A DNA stretch of 62,955 nt, the filler included, from Reclinomonas americana ATCC 50394 (lineage: Eukaryota), in the NCBI GenBank assembly GCA_048213135.1. It is 4 parts of 2 records of this genome, joined end to end, with 100 filler letters (N's around TTAATTAATTAA, not from the genome) between each part and the next. Parts side by side here need not be neighbours in the genome. Positions count along the whole stretch, not along the records: positions 1 to 22,012 come from PS015187.1; 3 more parts are not named here. One strand, written 5' to 3'. The first letter of the stretch is position 1, and every line of letters starts with the position of its first letter. The translations under genes and the position numbers were made by a program. Positions 1-12,498 of this stretch are shown piece after piece. A model generated the notes under the pieces. The model was not told where the DNA came from and did no database searches. It was given only the letters and a program-made list of their open reading frames with translations.

Positions 1-23
1 GAGAGAGAGAGAGTGACACACAC

Positions 24-282
24 CGACAGAAATCAATGCTGATCCGCCACCAGCCGCGCATGTTTCGCGCCTCGCTTTCACTGAGTGAGTTGCCGGAGGC
101 TCTTCCCATGTCGCTTGGAGGGAGACCCGTCACTGGCACAAAGGCGACGATCTCGCCAAGGATCTCTGGCGGCAAACGGGGCATGGCTTGCAATGTTTTT
201 ATTTGGTCCTGCGCCTTGTTGCGACGTTCAGTGACTGGCAAGGAGTTGATGCTTGGTAGGTTGCAAGACTCGCACACTATGG
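24..282 (-). CDS. Exon of a probable F-box protein (gene runs off the window start)
   Basis: Minus-strand translation gives MPRLPPEILGEIVAFVP...RNMRGWWRISIDFCR, matching the F-box start LP-x-EIL-x-x-I. It is flanked by a polypyrimidine-AG acceptor (~283) and a GT donor at 23. Confidence 0.5.
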
Positions 283-417
283 GAGAAATCGAGAGAAAAG
301 AGTCACGACGCCCCACTGTCAGCTTGCAGATCGACGTCAATATCGCGAAACATGTACGTATGCATGCTTCACACATGGATCCGGACAACACTGCATGCAG
401 CTGACCAAGCGCGGCTA

Positions 418-930
418 CTATTCCGGGAGGCTGCTTGGGCTGGACGGCGCCGGCCTCGAAGGCAAGCGACAGTCTGGATGACGAACAGGAGGCCGACCAA
501 ACAGCGGCTCGAAAGGCTCAATGTCGTCGTCTGGCCATGGATCCGGCGAAGCATCCAACCCCTCTAACTCAAGCCGACGTGCTTGCGCAGTTGCCAGCAA
601 CACCAGTTCCAATGCCTGAACCAGCTCGCTGAACTGCGCCAGCTGGAAGGAGTGCACGGTTGTAGACGGGGCTGGTAAATTCGAAGTTGGAGTAGCGACG
701 GTCGGCTGCACTTGCGCGTGCTCCCGGACCGCATCCAGCGAGGCTAACGAGCGCACTTGCAGCGTGCGCTGTGCAAGCAGCCGCACATAGGCGAGCTCCT
801 TCTTGAACTCTTCTTCGAACGCACGAGAGTCACTCAGTGCCTTCTCGCGTCGCGACCGATGGTTCTCAGCCAGAATGAGACTCACACGACGCATAACTTC
901 TGCCTCCACGTCTTCCCCAAGCGGAGCCAT
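418..930 (-). CDS. Hypothetical protein (170 aa), possibly the upstream exon of the F-box gene
   Basis: Open ATG ORF with helical, charged composition (RAFEEEFKKELAYVRLLAQ). No family recognised. Confidence 0.35.
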   Translation of the reverse strand: MAPLGEDVEAEVMRRVSLILAENHRSRREKALSDSRAFEEEFKKELAYVRLLAQRTLQVRSLASLDAVREHAQVQPTVATPTSNLPAPSTTVHSFQLAQFSELVQALELVLLATAQARRLELEGLDASPDPWPDDDIEPFEPLFGRPPVRHPDCRLPSRPAPSSPSSLPE

Positions 931-1061
931 CAGCTTTTGCTTTTGCTGAGCATCAAGCTGCTGCCGCTGGGGAAGTCACACAGCAGCGAGTAAGTCACAC
1001 AATCGACAGGCGATCACGATCGCGCGCGAGTGATTTGTGTGCCACACGCGTACGCGCACAG

Positions 1062-4000
1062 GCCCACCTGAAAGGGATTCGGCGCTCGACCCGGGGCTGG
1101 AATGTGAGCAGAGCGCCCGTCAGAAGACGAACCCAGCGACATTGCGAGCGTTGTGGGGGATTTAAGGACAAAGTTTGCTTGCCTGCATGCACATTTACAG
1201 CTGTCCTTCCACTTCGTGGTGGAAAGACGTTTTATAGTTGGACCTTTGTCCATATGGTGTCCGTACGGCGAACCCGAGAGCTCGAAGACGGCCGGCACCG
1301 GACAGTTCGGCTGTCGCCATTGCGACGTGCGACGTTGGATATCTGAGATTTCGCGAGCACTGTCTTTTTACGAACACGCACCCGCAGCTCGTCCGAAGCG
1401 AGTGATGGGCGTCGGTGAGTTGGCTCTTGTTTGTATGCATGTGTGTGTGTGCGTGTGTTCTCCGCAGCAGCGCTCACGGCCGTTCACAGCACGAACGCGA
1501 CTCCCTTTGGCCACTCTGGCCCTATTGTTGCTGGTGGCTCTCGTCACTCTGCCTGTGCTTGTGTTCTCTGCACGCACCAAGAGGTACAAGGTTTTCCTGC
1601 GCAAAAGAGTTTGTGTGTTTGTGCATGCTCATCGTCATCTCGCTAGTCACCACCAGCAACTAAGAGGAGATTCGCCACCTCTCGGTGCGTTCGTGGTGTG
1701 GCAAGAACCAGTTGTATTGTTGAATCGCCTCACTCTCTCCGTGTGTATTACAGACGCGGATCTTGAAAGCGCGTTGTCGGAGGTGTTTGCAAGCGCACAG
1801 GCGGTGGACATTGGCTCAACACCAACGCTGTCGCTGCAGGTGTGAAAGTCCCTCCCTCTCTCTCTCACACACACACACGCACACACTCAGCTGACGATGT
1901 GTGAGGCAGATCATTGTGAACCGTGAGGAGGCGGCGTTTGTCTTGCGCAACGTGGCCACCAAGGCCTTCAGTTGGAAGTGGTATGTGAGTTCGTCGCGCG
2001 CCCTCTGCTGTGTGACACTCAGCGTTCCTTCTGCGCGCGGCAGGTTTGGCGCGCTGAATGTGTTCGAGAGTGTGGGCCAGACGGCAGCCGGCATGCCGCT
2101 GGTCACCGCTGTCAGTGGTTCGTGCGAGCCACTACCGGAGGGTGACGAGAAGAGCTGGGAGATGTCCATGATGGCTCGCGGTTGCGCCATTCAGCTCGCC
2201 ACGCCGCAAGTTTCCCTCACCAGTTCCCTCGAGTGGCTGTCGGTGCGTTGGTGCGAGGTGAAGGACGGCAATCGTCATCACAAGTCGGCTGACAACTCGC
2301 TCCAGATCTTCAACTTTGTGAACAGTGTGCTGGCGACAGTGGAAAAGAAACGCAGCTCTCTGGCCAGTCATTCACAGCGATTGAGCAATCCTCCCAGTGT
2401 GCAAAGTTGCGTCGTTGTCGATTATGCTCAACGTGGACAGCGTGGTGACCCCCTACGTCAGATATCGTGGTGTATCAAAACGGCAGCCTCGACCAAGTTG
2501 TGCAAGATAAGAGCATTAAGAGGTCGCAGCGGCAGATGCTGGCCAAAGCCAGGGCGCGAACCAGCGGCGCTCCACAGGACCAGCCGTTGGCAGTACAGGT
2601 TTGGTTGCATTGTGTTCCAGCGTGGCCTGCCTTCTTCGTTTCATGTGTGTGTGAGTGTGTGTCGTGCAGCACCGAATCGCAATGTCTGCGAGCTTTGAGC
2701 CATACGTCTTCTTCCCGTGGGTGATGTGCTCGTCGACCACAGGCGCCGTGAGGTGCGCCGATCGTGAGTTCCCGACTGGCGGTGGTGAAGTCGGCGTTCT
2801 CCTTCGCAATGCCCAATTCCAGGTGCGTGCCGCCATATTCCGCATGCAGAGCAGCAGCTCAACCACTCAGTTGTGGGCATGATGGTGTGCGCCAGTTCTC
2901 GTTTCCCATGCAGCTGGTGCAACTCGTGGACCAAGCGTGAGTACCATCGAGCAGTCTTCAAATAGTCGCCTGGGCACTGATTTTTTGGCGACTTCCGTTG
3001 CAGAGAGGTGGCCAGTGCGTGGTGGCATCAGGTGCCGGAGAGTGTCTCGCCAACGAAGGTCTGTGCAGCCATGTGTTGCAACGTTGTCTCATCTTCCCCG
3101 CCGATGAGTGACCCGTCACATGTGTGTGTTGTGGTGCAGATGGCACTGTTTCACGGCGACATCCCGACCGCGTTCCTGGATAATCCGACAAGCAGTCAAA
3201 GTGACGCGAACCTTCGCAGTGCATCGGTGAAGCGGCTCCTCATCAGCATGGGGTTGGCCGATAACTTGGCGAGTGACAAAGTTGCGTTTCGCCATCATGT
3301 CACGAGTATCACTCCACAACTACTTACTCTGCATCGCGTCTCCAGGGTGTGGGTCAAAATTACCTCTGGTTATATCGTTGCCTTCTCTCATGTGCAGTAC
3401 AACCTCTCGTGCAGACCTGCAAGCTCTGTGGGTGGCCCTCGGTGCTTCGGCCTGCAACCTGGGTGAGCATATGTGTTTTTCCCATTGCCACTGAGACACT
3501 TAACTGAGACACTCTGCTGCGCCTAGCGTTCCACATCCACAACTACAAGTACCTGCGCAGCAGTGCCCTGGGAAAACAATTGCTTTTTGACTGGCAAGGG
3601 TCGTACAAGAAGGGCGATTGGCTGAAGATCGGCATCGCACAAGGCGACCCAACCGCTCAGTTCCTGCTCAGCGTGCGCTTCCGTGATCTGCTGACGGAGG
3701 TGGCGGCCAAGTCGGCCGAGCTGAGTACACTGGCGCCCGGTCCGAATAGCGCCATGTGGACGGCGCTGACGCGCGTCAGCAAGAGATATCTCGGCGGTCT
3801 CGTCGGTGGCAACACCAAGCTCGACGAGGCCGACCTGGAGCGTATTGCCGAGGCGTTCGTGGGCAGCAGCACGAGTTGCGTTTTTCACTCGCTGCGTTGC
3901 ATGTGCATGTGTGTTTGTGTCGCTCACGAACTGTTTACGTGCGCACAGACGGGATGCACACGTTGGTGGTTTCGGAGATGAAAAAGACAAACGAGGTTGG

Positions 4001-4518
4001 TATTGCATTTTCGTTGTCCGCGTTTTTCTCTGCTGACACACTGTGTGGTGGCCGTGGTGGTGCTGCGTGTAGGGCGCCGCCGACATGCTGCAAAAGATGT
4101 TGAACTTCCGTGGCCATTTGCGACCACTGGTCAAGGGCATTCTGGCGGAGGTGTTGCCGCAGGTGTTTGGCGGCACCGAGAGTTGAGTGCCACAGAGATC
4201 GAGAGTGCTTGTGGTGGTGGTGGCTCATGCGAGGCGCACAGGTGATACGGCCAAGATGTTCCGCACCACGGCCGAGGTGTCGGCGGTGATGAAACTCGAC
4301 GGCAAGCTGGCGGTCATGGTCGTGGACCAACAGTTGCGCGATGTGTGCTTTTTTCGTGTGTGCGCGGTGTATATATTCTCACTGGCTCGTGTGGCAGGCC
4401 CTCTGCGGACTTGGTGAACAGGGGCCAGAAGCGGGAGAACGTGTACCTGGAGGCAAAGGCAATGGCCGACATGCAGCGAAGATATCAGCTGCTGGCCATG
4501 GGCAAGGCGGTGGAATGA
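1062..4518 (+). CDS. Large multi-exon hypothetical protein with an N-terminal Cys-pair (CERC...CRHC) motif
   Basis: More than 12 coding-like segments separated by GT-AG introns (e.g. IIVNREEAAFVLRNVATKAFSWKW; LLFDWQGSYKKGDWLKIGIAQGDP; ...MQRRYQLLAMGKAVE*). Start uncertain, no family recognised. Confidence 0.5.
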
Positions 4519-5091
4519 ATGAGGAAGTACGGCGAATCTTGGGTAAATACCCAGCAGTCGAACAAAGGGCTGGTCGCCAGGCGTGGGATTCGTAGCATAT
4601 TCGCTCGTAGCACTCAGTAGCACCATTCACTGTGAGCGTGAGCGATTAACAACAGCCCACGGTGACCACCAGAAAGTCGGCCACAAATATGCACTGCAAG
4701 CAATCACAAGAATAATCGCATCTTCAGCACATCAGTCTATCACACATCACGCTGTGGCGCTATCGGCGCTTGCAGTGCTCAGTCCGAGCCGGTGGCGCTC
4801 TGAAGGCATGCAGTGGACAAGAAACCAAAATTGTCAGCGACGAAATCCTTGCCGGTCGAACCGGCGCCGGTCTCTCACGTGCACTACACTCCAGTATTGA
4901 CGCAAACACCCACTGTCTCTCTGTCTCTCTCCCTCTCTCCCGTCATGGCGTTGTCGTGCACAGCTGCTGGAGCTGCTCGTGGATATGCGCATCTGCAGCG
5001 AGGCGAACGATGACATCGCGTGCACCTTGGCATCCGTCGCATTGTCCGAATTTGTTCTCCTTCACACTGTGGTTGGCGAGAGCAGGCAACC

Positions 5092-6581
5092 ATGTCGACG
5101 TCAGCAGCGAGTTCCGTTCAAGACACTGTCAAGTCCTCCATCAATTCACTCGGCAAGTTTATTCCCGTGCTGACTGTGTCTGTGGAGCTTGCCTGCGGGC
5201 AGTTCATCCGCAGCGGCTACGACAGGCCGACTTATGACTGCAGTGGCCAGGGGCAGGGAGCAGTTTATACCCTGCTGTTTTCGCTGCTGATCACTGTGTC
5301 GGTCCTCGGCTTGTTGCTGGAGGAGATGAGCGGCTTTGTCTTTCAGCCGCACCGACTTTGCCGCAATGTCACCACCGGCCGCAGGTGGCCCACTGTGTTT
5401 CACCCTCACGCATTCTGCTCATGGGGGTGGTGGGCTACTTACTTCACTTGGCGACTGGCCGCTGTGGGCGTGTGGCTGGTAACCGTGGAGGACGCAATCG
5501 TGGTGTGCCTGCATACTCACGGCGGCAGCATGATGGACACCGACGGACGACCGAGTGCAGCATACCACACGCTCTCTCTGGTGCTGGCCGTGATTCTGTT
5601 CACCATGACTGGCGTCGGCGTAGCAGTGGAGGGAGCCATGAATATGTGGGGTAAGTGCACATCACAGCGCAGTGCACTGCTGCACCTATGTGCACACTGC
5701 ACAAATATATTCTCAAAATTGTTTGTTGTGTGCGCATGCCAAATACAGCAACCAGTAACAAGGCGCAACAGTCGAAGTATTGTCTGTCGCAAGCTCGACT
5801 TGCGTTGCACCAGCTGCAGAGGACAGTGGACAGCTACCGCATCAACGTCGACGACCAAACGGGCCGCGGAGAGGCACACTTTGCACTGCTGCAAGACAGC
5901 AAGCACGTGTTTACGTGGGTGCTTGTTCGAGTCATTCACCTCTCCCGGAATATCGCGTACGCCTGCGTGGCCAAGGCTCCTGCTCCGAGTGCTACACGGG
6001 CGCTTGGTTCTGTCAGTCAGATCATTGCCGAACCTCTGCTGGTGCGTGCGCAGATGAGAAGATCAATTTCCGATATTTTGACTTGCAATTGATCATACTG
6101 CATGTTTGCACAGATGCTGTGCGAGGACCGACTGAGCGTGGCGCTTGAGGGACCAGAAACGGTCAAGGGCGTACGCATTCCACACGTGACGATGCCAAGC
6201 GACACCGCAGATCCACATCCGGAGGCAACAACTGTGCTGGACACGATGGCGCATCGTGAGCGCCAAGAACGGATTGGGTACTCCGATGACGACATCGAGC
6301 CAGTTGTGGTGGATGCCTATGGCGTCCACAACGAAGACTTGATCCTCTGGACGAAACAGGCGGCCTCCACCCTGCGTCTGGTCTTCGCCGGAATCACCGA
6401 GGTCCGCCAGCTGGACTCGGAAATGGATATTGACAAACTCATTGTCCAGTTTGTGGATCAGTTATCAACGTTTGCCCGCGGAGACTACTACAACAAGATC
6501 GGACTGCTGAACATCATCGAGACGATCAGCATCGCCTGCACGCTGGTGTACGAGAAATCGTATCGCGTCCTTCTCAACTGA
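5092..6581 (+). CDS. Multi-pass membrane protein with a DUF679/DMP-like N-terminal region and long C-terminal domain
   Basis: Exon 5092-~5650 has about four hydrophobic segments (SINSLGKFIPVLTVSV, VYTLLFSLLITVSVLGLLL, LAAVGVWLVTVEDAIVVCL, LSLVLAVILFTMTGVGV). Further exons run to a stop at 6581. Upstream exons near 4810-5050 are possible. Confidence 0.55.
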
Positions 6582-7929
6582 TCAACACAGAGTTCGCGAT
6601 CGTGCAGCACCCGTCCTCCTTTGGCGACATTTTCATGCGACCCTTCTTGCTTGCAGTGCTTACTTAGGAAGTGAATGTACACACACTGCAAATACTCGAT
6701 TCAATATCAAGCAGTATCAATTTATGATCGCGACTTCGCGCAATGTACATGTGGTCTGCAAAACCTTCTTCACCCCAACCCTGCGCAACTGCCATGTAGC
6801 ACTTCGTCGATGCCATCCTCCTTCGAATGATACTCTCCCCCACCTTGGACATGTTGGAAGCGTCGTCATGCTGCCAGTATTGGTGTCCTCAACCGCCATT
6901 TTAGTCGAGTGTTTGTCATGATACGACGCAGCGCCGGCGGTGGCGCTGCTGCTGGTGCCACTGGAGGGCGACGCACCATCCCACCCTCTGCTTCCTCGTC
7001 GCTCTCTGGCTCCTCATCCCCCGCCTCATCACTGTCTGGAGNNNNNNNNNNNNNNNNNNNNNNNNNNNNNNNNNNNNNNNNNNNNNNNNNNNNNNNNNNN
7101 NNNNNNNNNNNNNNNNNNNNNNNNNNNNNNNNNNNNNNNNNNNNNNNNNNNNNNNNNNNNNNNNNNNNNNNNNNNNNNNNNNNNNNNNNNNNNNNNNNNN
7201 NNNNNNNNNNNNNNNNNNNNNNNNNNNNNNNNNNNNNNNNNNNNNNNNNNNNNNNNNNNNNNNNNNNNNNNNNNNNNNNNNNNNNNNNNNNNNNNNNNNN
7301 NNNNNNNNNNNNNNNNNNNNNNNNNNNNNNNNNNNNNNNNNNNNNNNNNNNNNNNNNNNNNNNNNNNNNNNNNNNNNNNNNNNNNNNNNNNNNNNNNNNN
7401 NNNNNNNNNNNNNNNNNNNNNNNNNNNNNNNNNNNNNNNNNNNNNNNNNNNNNNNNNNNNNNNNNNNNNNNNNNNNNNNNNNNNNNNNNNNNNNNNNNNN
7501 NNNNNNNNNNNNNNNNNNNNNNNNNNNNNNNNNNNNNNNNNNNNNNNNNNNNNNNNNNNNNNNNNNNNNNNNNNNNNNNNNNNNNNNNNNNNNNNNNNNN
7601 NNNNNNNNNNNNNNNNNNNNNNNNNNNNNNNNNNNNNNNNNNNNNNNNNNNNNNNNNNNNNNNNNNNNNNNNNNNNNNNNNNNNNNNNNNNNNNNNNNNN
7701 NNNNNNNNNNNNNNNNNNNNNNNNNNNNNNNNNNNNNNNNNNNNNNNNNNNNNNNNNNNNNNNNNNNNNNNNNNNNNNNNNNNNNNNNNNNNNNNNNNNN
7801 NNNNNNNNNNNNNNNNNNNNNNNNNNNNNNNNNNNNNNNNNNNNNNNNNNNNNNNNNNNNNNNNNNNNNNNNNNNNNNNNNNNNNNNNNNNNNNNNNNNN
7901 NNNNNNNNNNNNNNNNNNNNNNNNNNNNN

Positions 7930-7943
7930 GGAGAGGAGAGAGG

Positions 7944-7988
<45 letters not shown>
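7930..7988. repeat. (GA)n microsatellite at a contig edge
   Basis: Direct reading of the sequence. Confidence 0.95.
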
Positions 7989-7990
<2 letters not shown>

Positions 7991-8454
7991 TGAGTGTGTG
8001 TTGACTTAACAGTCGATCTCCACGTCGCCACCGCGTGNNNNNNNNNNNNNNNNNNNNNNNNNNNNNNNNNNNNNNNNNNNNNNNNNNNNNNNNNNNNNNN
8101 NNNNNNNNNNNNNNNNNNNNNNNNNNNNNNNNNNNNNNNNNNNNNNNNNNNNNNNNNNNNNNNNNNNNNNNNNNNNNNNNNNNNNNNNNNNNNNNNNNNN
8201 NNNNNNNNNNNNNNNNNNNNNNNNNNNNNNNNNNNNNNNNNNNNNNNNNNNNNNNNNNNNNNNNNNNNNNNNNNNNNNNNNNNNNNNNNNNNNNNNNNNN
8301 NNNNNNNNNNNNNNNNNNNNNNNNNNNNNNNNNNNNNNNNNNNNNNNNNNNNNNNNNNNNNNNNNNNNNNNNNNNNNNNNNNNNNNNNNNNNNNNNNNNN
8401 NNNNNCTCCACAACGTCTCACTTTCATACACACGCACACACACAGTCAACGTCC

Positions 8455-11307
8455 ATGACGGATGGAACGAGGCAGCCGCAGCAGTGGCCGCCGAGCACCC
8501 TCACCGACCTCCAGAGACTCACTCCTACACAACGTCACCGTCGCCTCCACCGAAAGCGAGTCAGGGCGGCGTTGCGTTTCTTGTCCACACCCTTTCCATC
8601 ATGACTCTCCTCCCAAATCATCATCTCTCTTTTCACTACAGCTCCCTGCTGCTGCTGCTGCTGCTGCTGCGGAAGGGCGACGAGCAGTGCTACTGGCACC
8701 GGGTCAGGCAGATGGCGCACTACTGGATGTGTATGATCGCGACGCGGTGTTTAGTGTCGCCCCCGCCGCCGCACCGGCACCACCCGCCATCTCAGCCGGT
8801 GAGCGAACCTTGTATTCGTCTTGTTGCTTCAATGATCCACTCATGCCGGCCTGGCAAGTGCGTGAGGTGCAGTACCAGGTGCTGCTGTCGGAGCAGCAAA
8901 AGATCATTAGCCGCTTCAAGGCCGACAACGAGAAGCTGAAGAGCAGCAACTTTGATCTCGAGCGCGAGCTGCGCGACCTCGAGCTGGAGCTGGAGGAGGC
9001 GCAGAATGCCAACGCTGGCAATGTGGAGTTTGTGCGCAACATGGAGACGTGGATGGTGAACAATCGCGGCGTGGAGCGCAACGAGGAGGGGTTCCGCAAA
9101 CGGAGGCGGCAACAAAAGGCTCTGGCACTCGGCGCTCGCTTCCAGGACGACGAGGATCTCGACAAGGTACGCTCCCCCTCCCTGTTGTCGATGACCTTGA
9201 TTGCCCCTCTCATTGCTCCACAGACCCTCGTGGTGAAAGTCTCGTGCTGGAAGGGCTTCAAGACCGGCATGCGCGGTCTGTGGGGCAAAATCAAGCCCGT
9301 GCTCGTGCCGTTTGCTGCCGATGTGGAATTCCTGTACGCTCGTTACGGCCGCGCCGTCGGCACCTACTTTCAGTTCCTGCGCTGGCTTGCGCTGACGGCC
9401 CTGTACTTGGGTCTCGCGGTCGGCATCTTCACCACACTGCACGCGCTGTCGCAGTCTGGGTTCACGTGGGGCGACTCGGTGACGCCGCACTTCCTGCTGT
9501 ACTCGTCGTACTCGTCGGATGAGACGCAGGCGTACGCGCTCTTACTGGTCACGGTGATTGTGTACAATGTCGGTATGTTTATCCAACGTGCCGTGCAAGA
9601 GGAGCGCGTACGCCGCGAGGGCGAACTGGAGCGGGCCGAACAGCGCCGTATGCAGTACAGTCGACTGACGCTGAATCTGTGGGACCACACGGTGCGGTCG
9701 GCGCGCGCAGCCGAGGACTTTAGGCTGTCGATCGCCGAGGCCATTAATATTCTCGAAGCCGATCGCACGCGTGAGCAACGCATGAAGGGGCGCTCAGCGA
9801 CAGAGCGTACCGGCCTGATTATGCGCCGTGTTACTGGCTCGTTCCTGGTGGCCGTGTTGGTGGCCGGCACGTGGCTCATTCTCATCTACATGAACGTGGC
9901 GACGGACACGCTGCAGGCGCGGTTCACGGGTGTGCTGAACACGATTGCCAAGCTGGCCATTCCGTTCTCTGTCGTGCTGCTGACCGGCATCATGCCGGAG
10001 GTGGTGGCTGCCATTACGCGCTTCGAAAAGTGGGACAACCCGGAGACGCACCTCAAGTGGCTGATTGGCCGTTTCTTCCTCATCAAGTACTTTACGTTCT
10101 TGCTGCTGTTGCTGCAAAACTACCAGCTCCTGACGGGCTTCACCATTCAACTGTTTGGCATCACTTCCTCGGTGACAACCACGCGCTCGTGTAAGGCCGA
10201 CGCTGTCGGTGTCAATTTCACAAACCTGCTGGTGGTGGCCTGGGTCAGCAACAAGATCATGTGGGGCATCAAACTGGGCCTCTATTACCTCAAGCGTGCC
10301 ATCAAGTGCGTCTCTATATTTTCTCGTTTGCCTGTCGCCGAGGTCTGTTTTTCACACCCGTGCACTGCAGATCGACGCCAGTGCCGAAAAAGGAGTTTGC
10401 CGTGGCCTTCCAGATCATCAACGTGCTCAACATTCAGTCGTACATCTGGGTCGTCATTCCGTTTGCGCCGAGTGTGTGCATTCTCGGCGCAGTGATGCTC
10501 CTCCTCGACTTCAAGTTCCAAAAGTTCCTCATGCAAGGACTCCTCAAGAAGCCGTCGGGTGCGTGCTGGTCATGTGTGGCGAATTTGGAGGCCAGAGAAC
10601 CTTATTCTTCTTTTCACCACAGATGTGTTTGCGGCCTCCGGCACCGGTCCGTTCTTCATGCTGCTACACTCGGTGGCCGGCGTCACCACCATTGCCACGT
10701 ACATTTGGTTCCTCAACGTGCACATCAACACGGACTGCGGTCCACTCACGACCACCACGTTTGCTGCGGTGTGTTTGTGCTTGTCTGCGCGTATATGTGT
10801 GTGTGTGCTTGATGCCGCAGAACAGCGCGTCCTCACGGATCGCCAACACACAGTATCTGCAATCGTCGGCCTCCGACAACAACATCACTCGCGTGCTCTT
10901 CCAAGTGGCCACCTCGCCCATTTTCTTGTGGGCACTGGTGGCTGTGTTCTTCACCGCCTTTGCCAAGCGAGCGTTCTTCATGTCGGCACTGAAGGGCTAC
11001 CTGGCGCACCAGCGCAAGCGACACAAGCGCGAGCAGCAGGATTTGCTGTTGAAGCTGAAAAAGGTCGGACTGCGCATGCACGTGCCTGGTTGCTGCAGCT
11101 GTTATTGCTCACGTCGTCACCCCACAGGCCCGCGACCTCATCGCCCGGCTGCAGGACAACGACGATCAAGGCTCGCCGACCGGCTCACCACGGCGCGGAG
11201 GTGGTGGCCATCAAAGAAACGAGAGTCGTTGCGTCACCGATCCTTTCTTTGTTGTCGCTCTCCACTGTTGCTTATTCGCTGCCCCAGAGATCGACACGGA
11301 AAGATGA
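8455..11307 (+). CDS. TMC: Transmembrane channel-like (TMC) family protein
   Basis: Signature ARYGRAVGTYFQFLRWL (TMC consensus FGxxVxSYFxFLRWL), plus ITRFEKW, KKEFAVAFQIINVLNIQ, PFAP, DCGP and about ten hydrophobic helices. N- and C-terminal coiled coils; GT-AG introns. The 5' end abuts a gap. Confidence 0.88.
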
Positions 11308-11471
11308 TGGATGATTAATACAAAAGGTGAACAGTTTGTTTTTACGCCCTGCAGCATCGCACCGCGCGGAACACTCGTACAAAAGAGCCACCACCAAAGA
11401 AGCGCACGTGTATCAATGTCCCGTTCGCTCACTTGTCCGCTTCCTCTTTCTCTCTGTCTTCTGTTGTCACG

Positions 11472-12449
11472 ATGGGGTGCAAGAGCTCATCAGCCAAAGT
11501 CGCTGAGCCACGGTTCGCCTCCGTTAGCCAAACACCATCGGTGAATGATCAAGTTGCGTGCACACACACTCGCAAAAGAGTGCCCGTTACACACTCTCTC
11601 TCTCTCGCATGATCATTCACTGTTGCGCACACGCAGAGTTCTCAAGCACGCAAGACAAGTGCGGCCGCAGAGAGCCTCAACTCACTCATCGCGCGACTCG
11701 ACAGCGCAGTTGATGGGTCGCATGGTGCGTCACATGCACACAGTGTCTCTCTCACACTTTCTCTCTGTCTTTGTGCGCTCCTCATGTGTGCGCATGCAGG
11801 TGTGAGCGACTCAGAGCTGAAGCGTGCCAAGGACCTCATCCGCGCCTTTTGTGGGACTCCGCGCTACATTGCCTTGCGCGACACCTCCTTCTCCAAGGCC
11901 GACACGAACAAGTCGGGGGCGGTCGATGCCCGCGAGATTCACGTGTTCCTCGTGGACTTGTATCAGAGTTGAGTGAGTGTGTCGTCGGTGTGTCTGTTGA
12001 GAGGCAGTGTCTTATGCAGCGAGAGCAGGGCATGTTGCGGATGTTCCCGAGTGGCGACGTCACCATTTTCACCCTCCGACGCGCGCGGATGCAGACAAGC
12101 TGGTGAAGGGTGAGCGAGCTGAAGAGCAACAGTGGGCTACTGTGCATCAGTGAGCTGAGCTGTGACTGTGCAGCACTCGACAAGGACCACAATGGGTCGA
12201 TTGATATCACCGAGTACGACGGTGAAGTGGCTGCTTTTCGTGCCTGTGCATGTGCTTTTCTCACTGTTTTGTTACTGGCGTGCAGTGCTGTTCCAACACT
12301 CGCTGCTGCACACGCTCTGTCTGCAGCTGAAGACAGGCAAGTGCACCGTGGACGATCTGGAACGAGCACTGGCTCCGGCACCTGCTGCTGCTGCCGTCGC
12401 TGCCGCTGCATCTGCACCCACCGAAGCAGCTGAAGCAGCTTCTGATTGA
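11472..12449 (+). CDS. Small EF-hand calcium-binding protein with an N-terminal acylation motif (MGCKSS)
   Basis: Canonical EF loops DTNKSGAVDARE and DKDHNGSIDITE. MGCxxS fits N-myristoylation plus palmitoylation. Ala-rich tail; multi-exon. Confidence 0.75.
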
Positions 12450-12498
12450 AGAGACTCTCTCCAAGGCCATATCATTTCTTCTGCTTTTACACGACGAG

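Noticed and set aside
6909-8604. Long ORFs spanning N runs, and long antisense ORFs over dynein and TMC
   Set aside because: Artefacts of Ns translated as X and of GC-rich codon bias.
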